NCBI GenBank assembly: GCA_031283585.1
Contig: JAITBP010000008.1
Span: 1-25,462 of the forward strand
Origin: Puniceicoccales bacterium
GTDB lineage: Bacteria > Verrucomicrobiota > Verrucomicrobiia > Opitutales > LL51
DNA length: 25,462 nt
Direction: 5' to 3'
This document shows, one piece after another, positions 9,146-18,327 of the stretch (within the stretch, counting starts at the first letter, position 1; every line of letters begins with the position of its first letter). The position numbers and the translations under genes were made by a program. Below the pieces are notes generated by a model. That model did not search any database. It was not told the origin of the DNA and was given only the letters and a program-made list of their open reading frames with translations.

Positions 9146-11665
9146 ATGACTAAAGTATCAAAAGAACAGGTTAAGGCCATGGATATAAAAGATGAAAATA
9201 TAAAAGAAGTCTTTTTCATAGACGCCGAAGTCGATGAACTTAAAAATTCAATAAAATGGCATCTAAATTGCACATTGGCCAGAGATCCATCATCGGCCAC
9301 AAAAAATGACTGGTGGTTGGCTTCATGCTACGCCCTGAGAGATAAAATCTTGGATAGATTTATAAAAACCCAGGCAGTTCATCATAAAGCCAATACAAAG
9401 AGATTATATTATCTGTCGCTGGAATATTTGACCGGGCAATTATTTACCAATAACTTACATAATACCGGAACCTTCGAAAAAATGTCAGCTGCCCTCAAAG
9501 AACTAGGCCAGGACATAGAGGAAATTTCTAAAGAAGGCCCAGATCCCGGCCTGGGTAATGGTGGTCTTGGTAGATTGGCAGCCTGCTTTCTTGACTCTCT
9601 TGCCACACTAAATTATCCGGCAATAGGCTATGGTATCCATTACGAGTTCGGTCTATTTAAACAGGAAATAATAAACGGCCAGCAGGTGGAACGGCCAGAT
9701 AGCTGGATGTCTTCAGGAGCCAATCCTTGGCAGATAGCACGACCAGAAAATGCCCAAAGAGTAAAGCTATATGGTCGAATAGAAAGCCACTTTAACGAAA
9801 AAGGCGATTGGACACCGCTATGGGTCGATACCCGTGATATCATTGGAATTCCCTGGGACATTCCGGTGGTTGGCTATGGTGCCGAAACAATAAATTTCCT
9901 GAGACTTTGGGAATCGAAAGCCACCAAAGATTTCAACTTCGATGAATTCAATCGAGGAGATTACATCGACGCGGTCCATGACAAAGCTGTGGGCGAAACA
10001 ATCTCCAAGGTGTTGTATCCAAACGATTCCACTGAACAAGGCAAAGAACTGAGGCTGGTTCAACAATACTTTTTCGTCTCCTGCTCCATCAAGGATATCC
10101 TCCGCCGCTATAAAAATGCCCACAGCGGCTGGAAAAACTTCACAGGTACAACCGCCATACAACTAAATGATACACATCCCGCTGTGGCTGTACTAGAACT
10201 GATGCGTTTACTGGTGGATGAAGAATCCATCAGCTGGGATAAGGCCTGGCAAATGTGCCAATCTGTTTTTGGCTATACCAACCATACCCTGCTACCAGAA
10301 GCATTGGAGACCTGGAGTGTCGGACTATTCAAAAATGTTCTGCCAAGGCATTACCAAATAGTCTGTGAAATAAACAAAAGGTTTTTGGACGGTGATGTCC
10401 AAAAAACCTGGCCCAACGATGATCAAAAGAAACGGGACCTGTCCATAATATCCTCTGGAGACAACCCGGTTATACGGATGGCCTATCTATCGGTGGTCGC
10501 CTGTCATTCGGTAAATGGTGTGGCAGCTATGCATAGTGATTTGCTTAAGTCACAGCTATTCAAAGATTTTTACCAGATGTATCCGGATAAATTTAACAAC
10601 AAAACCAATGGCATAACCCCAAGGCGCTGGCTGAAGCTGTGTAACCCTGAACTTTCAGCTCTAATAGATTCCAAAATCGGCCAAAACTGGACCACAAACC
10701 TAGATAAATTGCAACTTTTAGAACTATTTGCCGACGACACGGAATTCCAAAATGAATTTTTAAAGATAAAGCACAATAACAAGGTTAAATTGGCAAAAAT
10801 AATCCAAGAAAAATGCGGCATTACGGTTAGCCCAAAAGCCATATTTGATGTGCAAATAAAAAGATTACATGAATACAAACGCCAACATTTGAACCTATTA
10901 CATATCATCACCCTCTATCATAGGCTTTTACATAACCAAATAGATATACATCCGACGGTGTTTATTTTTGCGGCCAAGGCAGCTCCTGGCTACAGGATAG
11001 CCAAGACCATAATTCATGCCATAAATGTCGTTGGTAAATTTATAAACAATTGCACTGCAATAAATGACAAAATAAAAGTTGCCTTTATTCCGAATTACTG
11101 TGTCAGTCTAGCGGAAAAAATAATACCCGCAGCGGATGTCTCTGAGCAGATTTCCACGGCTGGTAAGGAAGCATCCGGCACTGGCAATATGAAGCTAGCC
11201 TTGAACGGTGCCTGTACCCTAGGAACCCTCGATGGTGCAAATGTGGAAATAAAGGAAGAAGTCGGTGACGAAAATATTTTCATTTTTGGGAAAACCGAAG
11301 CTGAAATCGCTAGTCTTCAGCACCAGGGCTACAATCCCTGGGATTATTACCATTCCAACGGTGAACTAAGAGCAATTCTCGACTGGATGAGGTCGGATTT
11401 TTTCCGAACCGAAGATGGATCAAATCCGGTAAAAGAGCTGGCCGAAAACCTGTTAACCCATGGCGACCCGTTCTTCGTCTTTGCCGACTACGAGGATTAT
11501 TGCAAAACTCAGAAATTAATAAACGAAACGTATACCCATAGGAAAATTTGGGCTAAAATGGCAATTTATAATACGGCAAAAGTTGGCAAGTTCTCAAGCG
11601 ATAGGACGATACGTGAATATGCCGACGAAATATGGAAACTTTCTCCACTGAAAATAGGAAAATGA
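9146..11665 (+). CDS. glgP: Glycogen/maltodextrin phosphorylase
   Basis: 839 aa. Contains [23 protein letters not shown] and the PLP-lysine region [24 protein letters not shown]. Confidence 0.95.
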   Translation: MTKVSKEQVKAMDIKDENIKEVFFIDAEVDELKNSIKWHLNCTLARDPSSATKNDWWLASCYALRDKILDRFIKTQAVHHKANTKRLYYLSLEYLTGQLFTNNLHNTGTFEKMSAALKELGQDIEEISKEGPDPGLGNGGLGRLAACFLDSLATLNYPAIGYGIHYEFGLFKQEIINGQQVERPDSWMSSGANPWQIARPENAQRVKLYGRIESHFNEKGDWTPLWVDTRDIIGIPWDIPVVGYGAETINFLRLWESKATKDFNFDEFNRGDYIDAVHDKAVGETISKVLYPNDSTEQGKELRLVQQYFFVSCSIKDILRRYKNAHSGWKNFTGTTAIQLNDTHPAVAVLELMRLLVDEESISWDKAWQMCQSVFGYTNHTLLPEALETWSVGLFKNVLPRHYQIVCEINKRFLDGDVQKTWPNDDQKKRDLSIISSGDNPVIRMAYLSVVACHSVNGVAAMHSDLLKSQLFKDFYQMYPDKFNNKTNGITPRRWLKLCNPELSALIDSKIGQNWTTNLDKLQLLELFADDTEFQNEFLKIKHNNKVKLAKIIQEKCGITVSPKAIFDVQIKRLHEYKRQHLNLLHIITLYHRLLHNQIDIHPTVFIFAAKAAPGYRIAKTIIHAINVVGKFINNCTAINDKIKVAFIPNYCVSLAEKIIPAADVSEQISTAGKEASGTGNMKLALNGACTLGTLDGANVEIKEEVGDENIFIFGKTEAEIASLQHQGYNPWDYYHSNGELRAILDWMRSDFFRTEDGSNPVKELAENLLTHGDPFFVFADYEDYCKTQKLINETYTHRKIWAKMAIYNTAKVGKFSSDRTIREYADEIWKLSPLKIGK

Positions 11666-11738
11666 TTTGTTAGCAAACAGGGATTCAGATAAAAAACAGT
11701 GAATATGTTAAATAACAGATAAAAATTGGATAACTAAA

Positions 11739-12839
11739 ATGATTATTTCGAAGATTATGCGTATCGCTTATCTGGTTGTTGACCGACTGGAAGTATTTGT
11801 GACCGACACAGCGAGTAAAATATTAAAAAAATTATTATCAGCAGCTAAATCTACGATACAGCTAATTAGTAAGCTGGCAACACAGATACAAACCACCCTA
11901 TTATCCATCGTAAAATCTATAACAAAATCAATGCTACCTAGAATAAAAAGCGCCTCAATTAAGTTATCAAACAATACCAGGTCATTTGTTACTTCTTCTA
12001 CCCAGCGCTTTCGTGGATTATTTCATAAATGCCTATCAGCAACCACAAAATTATTATCAAATATCACGAGAACATTATTCAAATCAATAGCATCCGCCGT
12101 CTATTTTTTTATTAATTCGATTGTAAATTTATTGTCAAAATTTTTTATCACCTGCAGGAAATTACTACGCTATAGTACAATAAAAAAGATCTTGAGCATC
12201 AAAATAAACACAAAACCTTTCACCGATGCCATAAAAAATATTACATTGAAACCACTAAGATCCATAGCAACTGTGGTGACCAAGCTGTATTACGCACTGA
12301 GATCTATACCTCTATCGTGCTATCATGGGATAAGAAAGATCTTGAGCATTAAAATAAACACAAAACCATTCACCAATGCCATAAAAAATATTACCATATT
12401 CGCTGTTAGCTCCGCCTGTATTATTCTTACCGTAGGATTGGTCAAAGAATATCGTCAACCCATAGCAAAAATTCTGGCATCAACTCAAGGTAATGCTAAT
12501 CCACCAAAAAATGAATATGATCTGAGTAAAGATCAGAAAATTTACGTAGCCAATAGCCTCATTACACCAAAAAGGAAAGCCAAGCATCTATTCAGGGATC
12601 CTGTGGAGATCAAACAAAGAACCGTTACCGAAGCAATACTTGCTCTAAAAATAGACAGTATTCAACGTACTGCCAACAATAAAGGAAATATACAAATTGG
12701 CAATAAATTCTACTCTATCGGGGCAATAATCAATGATCATCCTAGATTGAAATTAGCCAAAATAACCACTAATAATGTGAAATTTTCGGACAAATATGGC
12801 TATATATATAAGCGAAGAATCGACGATTTGATCGAATAA
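11739..12839 (+). CDS. Hypothetical bitopic membrane protein with GspC/PilP-like C-terminal domain
   Basis: 366 aa. The first 220 aa or so are basic and Ser/Thr/Lys/Ile/Leu-rich, and contain a 20-aa internal repeat. A hydrophobic segment IFAVSSACIILTVGLV follows. The C-terminal roughly 130 aa end in LALKIDSIQRTANNKGNIQIGNKFYSIGAIINDHPRLKLAKITTNNVKFSDKYGYIYKRRI. That pattern (L.L.GI...A.I.G..Y..G..I....L..I....V.F.D..G....) is seen in T2SS GspC HR / T4P PilP domains. The CDS is solid; the function is inferred. Confidence 0.5.
   Translation: MIISKIMRIAYLVVDRLEVFVTDTASKILKKLLSAAKSTIQLISKLATQIQTTLLSIVKSITKSMLPRIKSASIKLSNNTRSFVTSSTQRFRGLFHKCLSATTKLLSNITRTLFKSIASAVYFFINSIVNLLSKFFITCRKLLRYSTIKKILSIKINTKPFTDAIKNITLKPLRSIATVVTKLYYALRSIPLSCYHGIRKILSIKINTKPFTNAIKNITIFAVSSACIILTVGLVKEYRQPIAKILASTQGNANPPKNEYDLSKDQKIYVANSLITPKRKAKHLFRDPVEIKQRTVTEAILALKIDSIQRTANNKGNIQIGNKFYSIGAIINDHPRLKLAKITTNNVKFSDKYGYIYKRRIDDLIE
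12185..12244 (+). repeat. Direct repeat copy 1 (60 bp, in-frame within ORF 11739..12839)
   Basis: aaagatcttgagcatcaaaataaacacaaaacctttcaccgatgccataaaaaatattac matches 12335..12394 at 57/60 positions and encodes KILSIKINTKPFTDAIKNIT. Confidence 0.9.
12335..12394 (+). repeat. Direct repeat copy 2 (60 bp, exactly 150 bp downstream of copy 1)
   Basis: aaagatcttgagcattaaaataaacacaaaaccattcaccaatgccataaaaaatattac encodes KILSIKINTKPFTNAIKNIT and runs directly into the predicted TM segment. Confidence 0.9.
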
Positions 12840-12840
12840 A

Positions 12841-12915
<75 letters not shown>

Positions 12916-13041
12916 AGACATACCGCTGATTCCGAGGCAATTTACTTTCAAAAATTTTTCAAGCTGTTTTTAGATTCAACAAAAATCTTCCGTTTTAAAA
13001 AATTATTACACAATTCTATTTTACGGTTCTAATCATTAATT

Positions 13042-16000
13042 GTGACAAATAGGGAAAGTGGATTTGCATTGGTATTGGTGGTTAGCACCATAACGCTTAT
13101 AACTGGTTTGCTTATTGCCTTCTCTACCATATCTAGCTTGCAAAAAACGAAGATAGATAACCTGGTGCTTATAGAAAATGCAAAATACCAGGCCAGGCTA
13201 CATGCATTAGCCGCTCTAAATGAAGCAATAGCTCGGCTAAATTATCTGGCCGCCCAGGATAAAGTGGTCACAGCCAGAGCTAACATAATAAATCACGCCA
13301 GCAATGATAAAGCCTTTTGGATTGGTGTATGGCGCGTGGATAAATGCAATGATACCGATACCACTGCTTCCGACAAAAAAGAGTTTCTTGGTTGGCTCGT
13401 ATCCCAAAATGGAAGAGAAAATTTTTCTGCCAACGATGATATAAATTCAGTAACATCATCCATTGACAGCAGCTATGTCAAATTGATCGATGACAGGTAT
13501 GTGTCAAATGCTGAAGAGCATGTGTATGCACAAAAGGTCGACCTGAAGAACTCGGTTAATAAGGTTATTGGCCATCATGCCTACTGGATTGATGATGAAA
13601 GTCTCAAGGCCCAGTGTAATCTGCCAGATGATAGATATGCGGACTTTCCCGATGCGTATTTTCTTAAAAGATCCTGTCCACAACGAAATGGCCTAGAAAT
13701 GTTAACCCATGGACCCATAAATCTAGAAAACAATGTAAATGTGCCCAACACACTCCATTATTCCGATTTAATATTAAATAATGATTTTGGCCCGGACGAA
13801 AAAACATGGCTAGCTGGGCATTTTCATGACCTGGCCTGTTGCTCAAGAGGCCTACTCACAGACACACGAAACGGTGGGTTTCGTAAAAATCTGACCTGGT
13901 ATTTCGAATCGTCCAATGATTCATCGGTAATAGGTGACACAGGATTTGTATTTCCTTCGCCAACGAATTTGCCTGAACCACCAACTACCTGGGATTATGT
14001 TAAAAGCTTCTATAGGCTAAAATACAATTACGACAATGGGGCCATGGTAGCCAAACCGACCTACCCTCTTTATCATCCACAAACCTGGGTATCCTATGAT
14101 GATTGTTCACTCAATGAATCAACCATAACCGGCGCCAATGCCAATGACCTGGGAATACCAACCCAGCATGGAATATTCCCCATTTGGACAGATTTTAAAA
14201 TCGTAATGCTAAGCCGTTACTACAGTGGTGCCCCTGATAGTCATCTTCATATATCCAATCATTTCTATGATTCCATTAGAATGCAGCCGGTCTTTGTTAA
14301 CCGTAACCCCTATACAAGAAATATAAACGGACATAGCTACTCGCTGATCTATGCGGCTCCATACATTTCAACCAATCCGTCACACCAACAGGTCCCAACT
14401 TTCAATGTGGAGACATATTATCAAGGCAACAGCATGACGCAGGGAAACTCCACCATAACAGATATTCCATTAAAAAACGACTACTCCAACTATATAGATA
14501 ATCACGAAAATGGCTCCGTTGGCGCACCGATTATAAGAAATGGCTATCGATGGCCATTGTTTGACTGTAAATATAATAACCTAGATTTTCCAAATAATTC
14601 CAAACAATTCATTTCTCTTTCCGGATCGGAACCGTACATTAAAGCACCAGCTGGTAAACCTCTGACCAGGAAGATAGACAATATCATATCCAGTCCATCG
14701 ATACTGGAAAACTATGGCATGAATGATATAAGAAAATATCAGAACCAGAATTCTCAAAATAAAGCTGAAACCAGTACTATTTCACTGGATATAGCCTCAT
14801 GGCAAAACCTATGCCTGAGTCTCCTGGATAACACCACTGGCCTGGTCATGCAGGAAATAGATAACATAAATTTAATAACCAATAACATAACCACGTCCCT
14901 AAGCCGAAACATACAGGAAGGCCAAGTTGATTTGCTATGGGTTATGAGTTGCTATGCCAATGATGGGAGAATTGAATTTAACGGTAGAGGCAATGGACTT
15001 AGATGGCTAGCAAATGCCAATCCAAGAGCTCCAATAATTGGCAAGAGTGCCTATCAGGACAAAATGACATTTATACCACCCGGAGAAGCCATATTCCATA
15101 CGAATTGGAACTGGCCAGCTGAGTTCCTAGACAAAACGAACCTTCAAACAGAAACCATAGCCCTGGATAACAATGTAAGGTTTCCGGTGCTTTTTGATCT
15201 TCCTCATCCGACCTATGGCTTTCTAAATCTTGGATTCCTCCAACATATGAACACAGGTCTCTTTGGTTATCACCCGGCCTATGGCTTTGGCAATTCATAC
15301 CAAAACCCGCTCATTCCACGTGAAAAGTTCTTCCAGTCCAACGCTCAACAGAAAACGGATTGGCCGTCCCATTACAGAGTTGAGTTACTATATGACTATT
15401 CCTATTGTCTTAACCGTGCCCTATGGGACTCGTGTTTCATGACAGGCTTACACAACAAACACATCCTTAACAAGAGACTTAGGTCCTACAGCGATGCGTC
15501 GATTGACGAGCTAGACTCCATCGATGCCGCAAAAAAAATGTATATCAACGGAGCATTTAATATCAATAGCACATCCCGGGAAGCCTGGATTGCTGTCCTG
15601 GGCAGTACACTGGGGCTAGGAGAACCAGACAAAGCATCCTATTACCGTTGTCTGAGTACCGAATCCGGCATTGGTGAAGTAAAATTGGATAAAAACCAGC
15701 TGGGATTATTGGCCACAAAAATAGTCGAACAAATAAAAGTCCGTGGGCCCTTCGGTAGCATCGGCGAATTTGTAAACAGAACTTTGATAGATAAAAGCAA
15801 CGATGATACAACCCAGGCTGTATCCAACAAACAACTCGGGCTGTCCGGTGTCCTGCAACGGGCTATCGATGACAATTACGTATTTTCTAACGAAGGAATT
15901 GGCAACGACAGTTCCAGCTTAAACACAGGGTTTTCTCGGGTGGTCAAATCCCAGAGAAAGCTTAGCTGGTACGACGATGCGGCCGCCAGTGGACAAATCG

Positions 16001-16233
16001 ACGCCTGTGCACCTGGATACCTGACCCAGGCTGACCTGTTACAATCCCTAGGTTCCATACTGGCTGCCCGCGGAGATAGTTTTTCCATCCATAGCTATGG
16101 CGACAGCATCGATCAAAACGGCAACCTGTTAGCCAAAACTAAATGCGAAGCGATTGTCCAACGACTTCCTGACCCAAACGATATCAACCATAGGGTTTTT
16201 AGGATATTGGCAATTAAATGGGTAGATCTATGA
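13042..16233 (+). CDS. Giant (1063 aa) GspK-like minor pseudopilin / pilus-tip protein candidate
   Basis: A GTG start gives MTNRESG/FALVLVVSTITLITGLLIAF: a short charged leader ending in Gly, then a hydrophobic helix with no Glu at +5, as in T2SS GspK. The C-terminal third contains INGAFNINSTSREAWIAVLGS and LLATKIVEQIKVRGPFGSIGEFVNRTL. These resemble the N.NTA....L / R...GPF.S..E helix-hairpin-helix units of GspK (and ComEA). About 750 aa between these elements have no recognised family. Confidence 0.55.
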   Translation: MTNRESGFALVLVVSTITLITGLLIAFSTISSLQKTKIDNLVLIENAKYQARLHALAALNEAIARLNYLAAQDKVVTARANIINHASNDKAFWIGVWRVDKCNDTDTTASDKKEFLGWLVSQNGRENFSANDDINSVTSSIDSSYVKLIDDRYVSNAEEHVYAQKVDLKNSVNKVIGHHAYWIDDESLKAQCNLPDDRYADFPDAYFLKRSCPQRNGLEMLTHGPINLENNVNVPNTLHYSDLILNNDFGPDEKTWLAGHFHDLACCSRGLLTDTRNGGFRKNLTWYFESSNDSSVIGDTGFVFPSPTNLPEPPTTWDYVKSFYRLKYNYDNGAMVAKPTYPLYHPQTWVSYDDCSLNESTITGANANDLGIPTQHGIFPIWTDFKIVMLSRYYSGAPDSHLHISNHFYDSIRMQPVFVNRNPYTRNINGHSYSLIYAAPYISTNPSHQQVPTFNVETYYQGNSMTQGNSTITDIPLKNDYSNYIDNHENGSVGAPIIRNGYRWPLFDCKYNNLDFPNNSKQFISLSGSEPYIKAPAGKPLTRKIDNIISSPSILENYGMNDIRKYQNQNSQNKAETSTISLDIASWQNLCLSLLDNTTGLVMQEIDNINLITNNITTSLSRNIQEGQVDLLWVMSCYANDGRIEFNGRGNGLRWLANANPRAPIIGKSAYQDKMTFIPPGEAIFHTNWNWPAEFLDKTNLQTETIALDNNVRFPVLFDLPHPTYGFLNLGFLQHMNTGLFGYHPAYGFGNSYQNPLIPREKFFQSNAQQKTDWPSHYRVELLYDYSYCLNRALWDSCFMTGLHNKHILNKRLRSYSDASIDELDSIDAAKKMYINGAFNINSTSREAWIAVLGSTLGLGEPDKASYYRCLSTESGIGEVKLDKNQLGLLATKIVEQIKVRGPFGSIGEFVNRTLIDKSNDDTTQAVSNKQLGLSGVLQRAIDDNYVFSNEGIGNDSSSLNTGFSRVVKSQRKLSWYDDAAASGQIDACAPGYLTQADLLQSLGSILAARGDSFSIHSYGDSIDQNGNLLAKTKCEAIVQRLPDPNDINHRVFRILAIKWVDL

Positions 16234-16238
16234 CAAGG

Positions 16239-17303
16239 TTATGGACTCCAGGTGTTTATTTCATTTATTGCCAGTCCTCTAACATATTTACTAGAGATTT
16301 CATTGGCAAACATCATGCAATTTTCATCGGTCTCTCCGGCTAACATGGCCAGTGAAAATCCTGCATTAAACACATCTCCACCACCGGTACTGGTTATCGG
16401 ATTATCAACCCTGAATCCATCGACGAAGCTGACACCGGTGGCATCCCAGCAGGCACTACATCCAATTCCGTGGATAACAATTTTATTTATTCCACTGCAA
16501 CCACCTATAATTTTTGCTGCCTCTGTCATATCGGCCCTCGACTCGCCCATACTAAACTCATCGAACAGATTACATATCTGCTGGGCCTCTTTCACATTCA
16601 AACTAAGCACCGTCGTGCCATATTTTCCAAATCCAGCGATTTGTTCCACAGCAAGTTTTTTATCCCGCTGACTTCTCTTCTCTGGATCCGCCAGATCGAA
16701 AAAATAAAACCTGGGCTTATTGCCAAGATTCGGCACTATCTCTTCCTGTAAAGAATTCATAATATCATCCATCGCTGGGATCATCGTCCAGTTCACCATT
16801 GCCACGAGGTCAGCAGATTCAACCATTTCAACAAGAACCTCCTGCCCAACCTCATCTATAATTCTTTGGAATGTCACGCTGTCCAAGGGACTGGTTATTC
16901 CAAACAGGATTTTACCATCATTAAATTCAACGGCTGTGGTTTCGCCTGGTTCACCGATCGACAGAGCCCTGGTTTTTTGAGAAAATTTTCTAAATATATT
17001 CTCATCATGTTTACCTATGGGACCTATGAATCCGGTGTTAACACCGAGGTCAGCCAGAGCATTAGCCATCAATACCGCATTGCCACCAATTCTGATTTCC
17101 TTGACGAAAAACTCTATATTTGTGCTGCGTCCAGAGGCCAAAGCGATGCGATCGGCAAACTCAGCTATGGTCTCTATTTTTTCGTAATTTTTGCCCAGAC
17201 CATCACGGCGACCTACGGCTTCGACAATTTTATCCAGGAAGCCATCAAATCCAACCACACAGTTAAACCTGTTAGCACTCTTCAAAATATTACACCTATC
17301 CAT
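16239..17303 (-). CDS. Ribokinase/PfkB-superfamily sugar kinase (motifs closest to ADP-dependent GK/PFK type)
   Basis: 354 aa. Contains N-terminal VVGFDGFLDKIV, the di-Gly motif IRIGGNAVLMANALADLG, and the C-terminal catalytic-type motif TSTGGGDVFNAGFSLA (compare DT.GAGD in PfkB, G.GD..SAG in ADP-dependent kinases). Substrate unknown. Confidence 0.6.
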   Translation of the reverse strand: MDRCNILKSANRFNCVVGFDGFLDKIVEAVGRRDGLGKNYEKIETIAEFADRIALASGRSTNIEFFVKEIRIGGNAVLMANALADLGVNTGFIGPIGKHDENIFRKFSQKTRALSIGEPGETTAVEFNDGKILFGITSPLDSVTFQRIIDEVGQEVLVEMVESADLVAMVNWTMIPAMDDIMNSLQEEIVPNLGNKPRFYFFDLADPEKRSQRDKKLAVEQIAGFGKYGTTVLSLNVKEAQQICNLFDEFSMGESRADMTEAAKIIGGCSGINKIVIHGIGCSACWDATGVSFVDGFRVDNPITSTGGGDVFNAGFSLAMLAGETDENCMMFANEISSKYVRGLAINEINTWSP

Positions 17304-17396
17304 ATGAGCTTCATATACCTAGGATAACACATTTCCGTTGTATGAACAACATAAAATATCTAGACAGATTACAAAATTTTTATAGTCATCAATGGC

Positions 17397-18314
17397 ATGG
17401 CTGAGGTTGGTGTGATATTCCCTGGCCAAGGATCTCAATTCATTGGCATGGGAAAGTCTATGTATGACAATGATCCCATTGCAAAGGAGTATTTCGAGAA
17501 AGCTAATACTATTCTAGGATATGATTTAACCGATCTATGCTTCCATGGACCAATGGAGACCTTGACCGAGAGCAAATTCTGCCAACCGGCGCTTTTTGTT
17601 CATCAATACATATCCTACCTGTTGCTCAAAGCCCAGGGGATCATCCGTCGGCCAGAGGTGGTATTTGGTCTTAGCCTAGGAGAACTTACGGCCTTGGCCG
17701 TGGCCGAAGTATATTCTTTCGAAACCGGGCTTAGGATTGTGGAAAAGCGTGGCCTATTTATGCAGGAAGCCTGCGAAGAAACCCATGGCAAAATGGCAGC
17801 AATTCTTGGAGGCCAAAAAGACGATGTGGAAAAACTATGCCAAATGGCAGGCGTTGAGCTGGCCAACTTCAATGCACCGGATCAAATAGTAATCTCCGGG
17901 GATGCTAAAAAAGTAGATAAGGCCATAGAAATTGCTAAAGACATGAATCTATCGAAGGTTATTGAACTGGCAGTTGCCGGCGCATTCCACAGTAAATTGA
18001 TGACATCAGCAAAAATAAAATTCATAAAATTCATCGCTGATATACAATTCAACAAGCCACAAATCCGTGTGATAACAAATGTCACAGGTCAATTCTTAGA
18101 TGATCCGGATGAAATAAAATCCACCCTAGGAGAGCAGATAGTGTCACCGGTGCTATGGGTGAATTGCATGAAAACAGCAGTGGCTTTGGGCATTTCAACG
18201 TTTTACCAGTGCGGAGCTGGAAAAAGTCTTATCAATCTTGCCAAGCGAATCGACAAAAGTATAGTTGTAAATCCTATTGGTGAATTTTCTGATTTTTCTG
18301 ACATTATCACCTGA
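17397..18314 (+). CDS. fabD: Malonyl-CoA:ACP transacylase
   Basis: Contains FPGQGSQFIGMG, the active-site GLSLGELTA, then N.P.Q.VISG and AFHS. Length 305 aa. Confidence 0.9.
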   Translation: MAEVGVIFPGQGSQFIGMGKSMYDNDPIAKEYFEKANTILGYDLTDLCFHGPMETLTESKFCQPALFVHQYISYLLLKAQGIIRRPEVVFGLSLGELTALAVAEVYSFETGLRIVEKRGLFMQEACEETHGKMAAILGGQKDDVEKLCQMAGVELANFNAPDQIVISGDAKKVDKAIEIAKDMNLSKVIELAVAGAFHSKLMTSAKIKFIKFIADIQFNKPQIRVITNVTGQFLDDPDEIKSTLGEQIVSPVLWVNCMKTAVALGISTFYQCGAGKSLINLAKRIDKSIVVNPIGEFSDFSDIIT

Positions 18315-18327
18315 TTAGGTATTTATT

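Noticed and set aside
16252-17327. Several plus-strand ORFs (139, 93, 86 and 153 aa) opposite the kinase gene
   Set aside because: They are fragmented across frames with no recognisable motifs. The minus-strand 354-aa frame is continuous and has kinase signatures.
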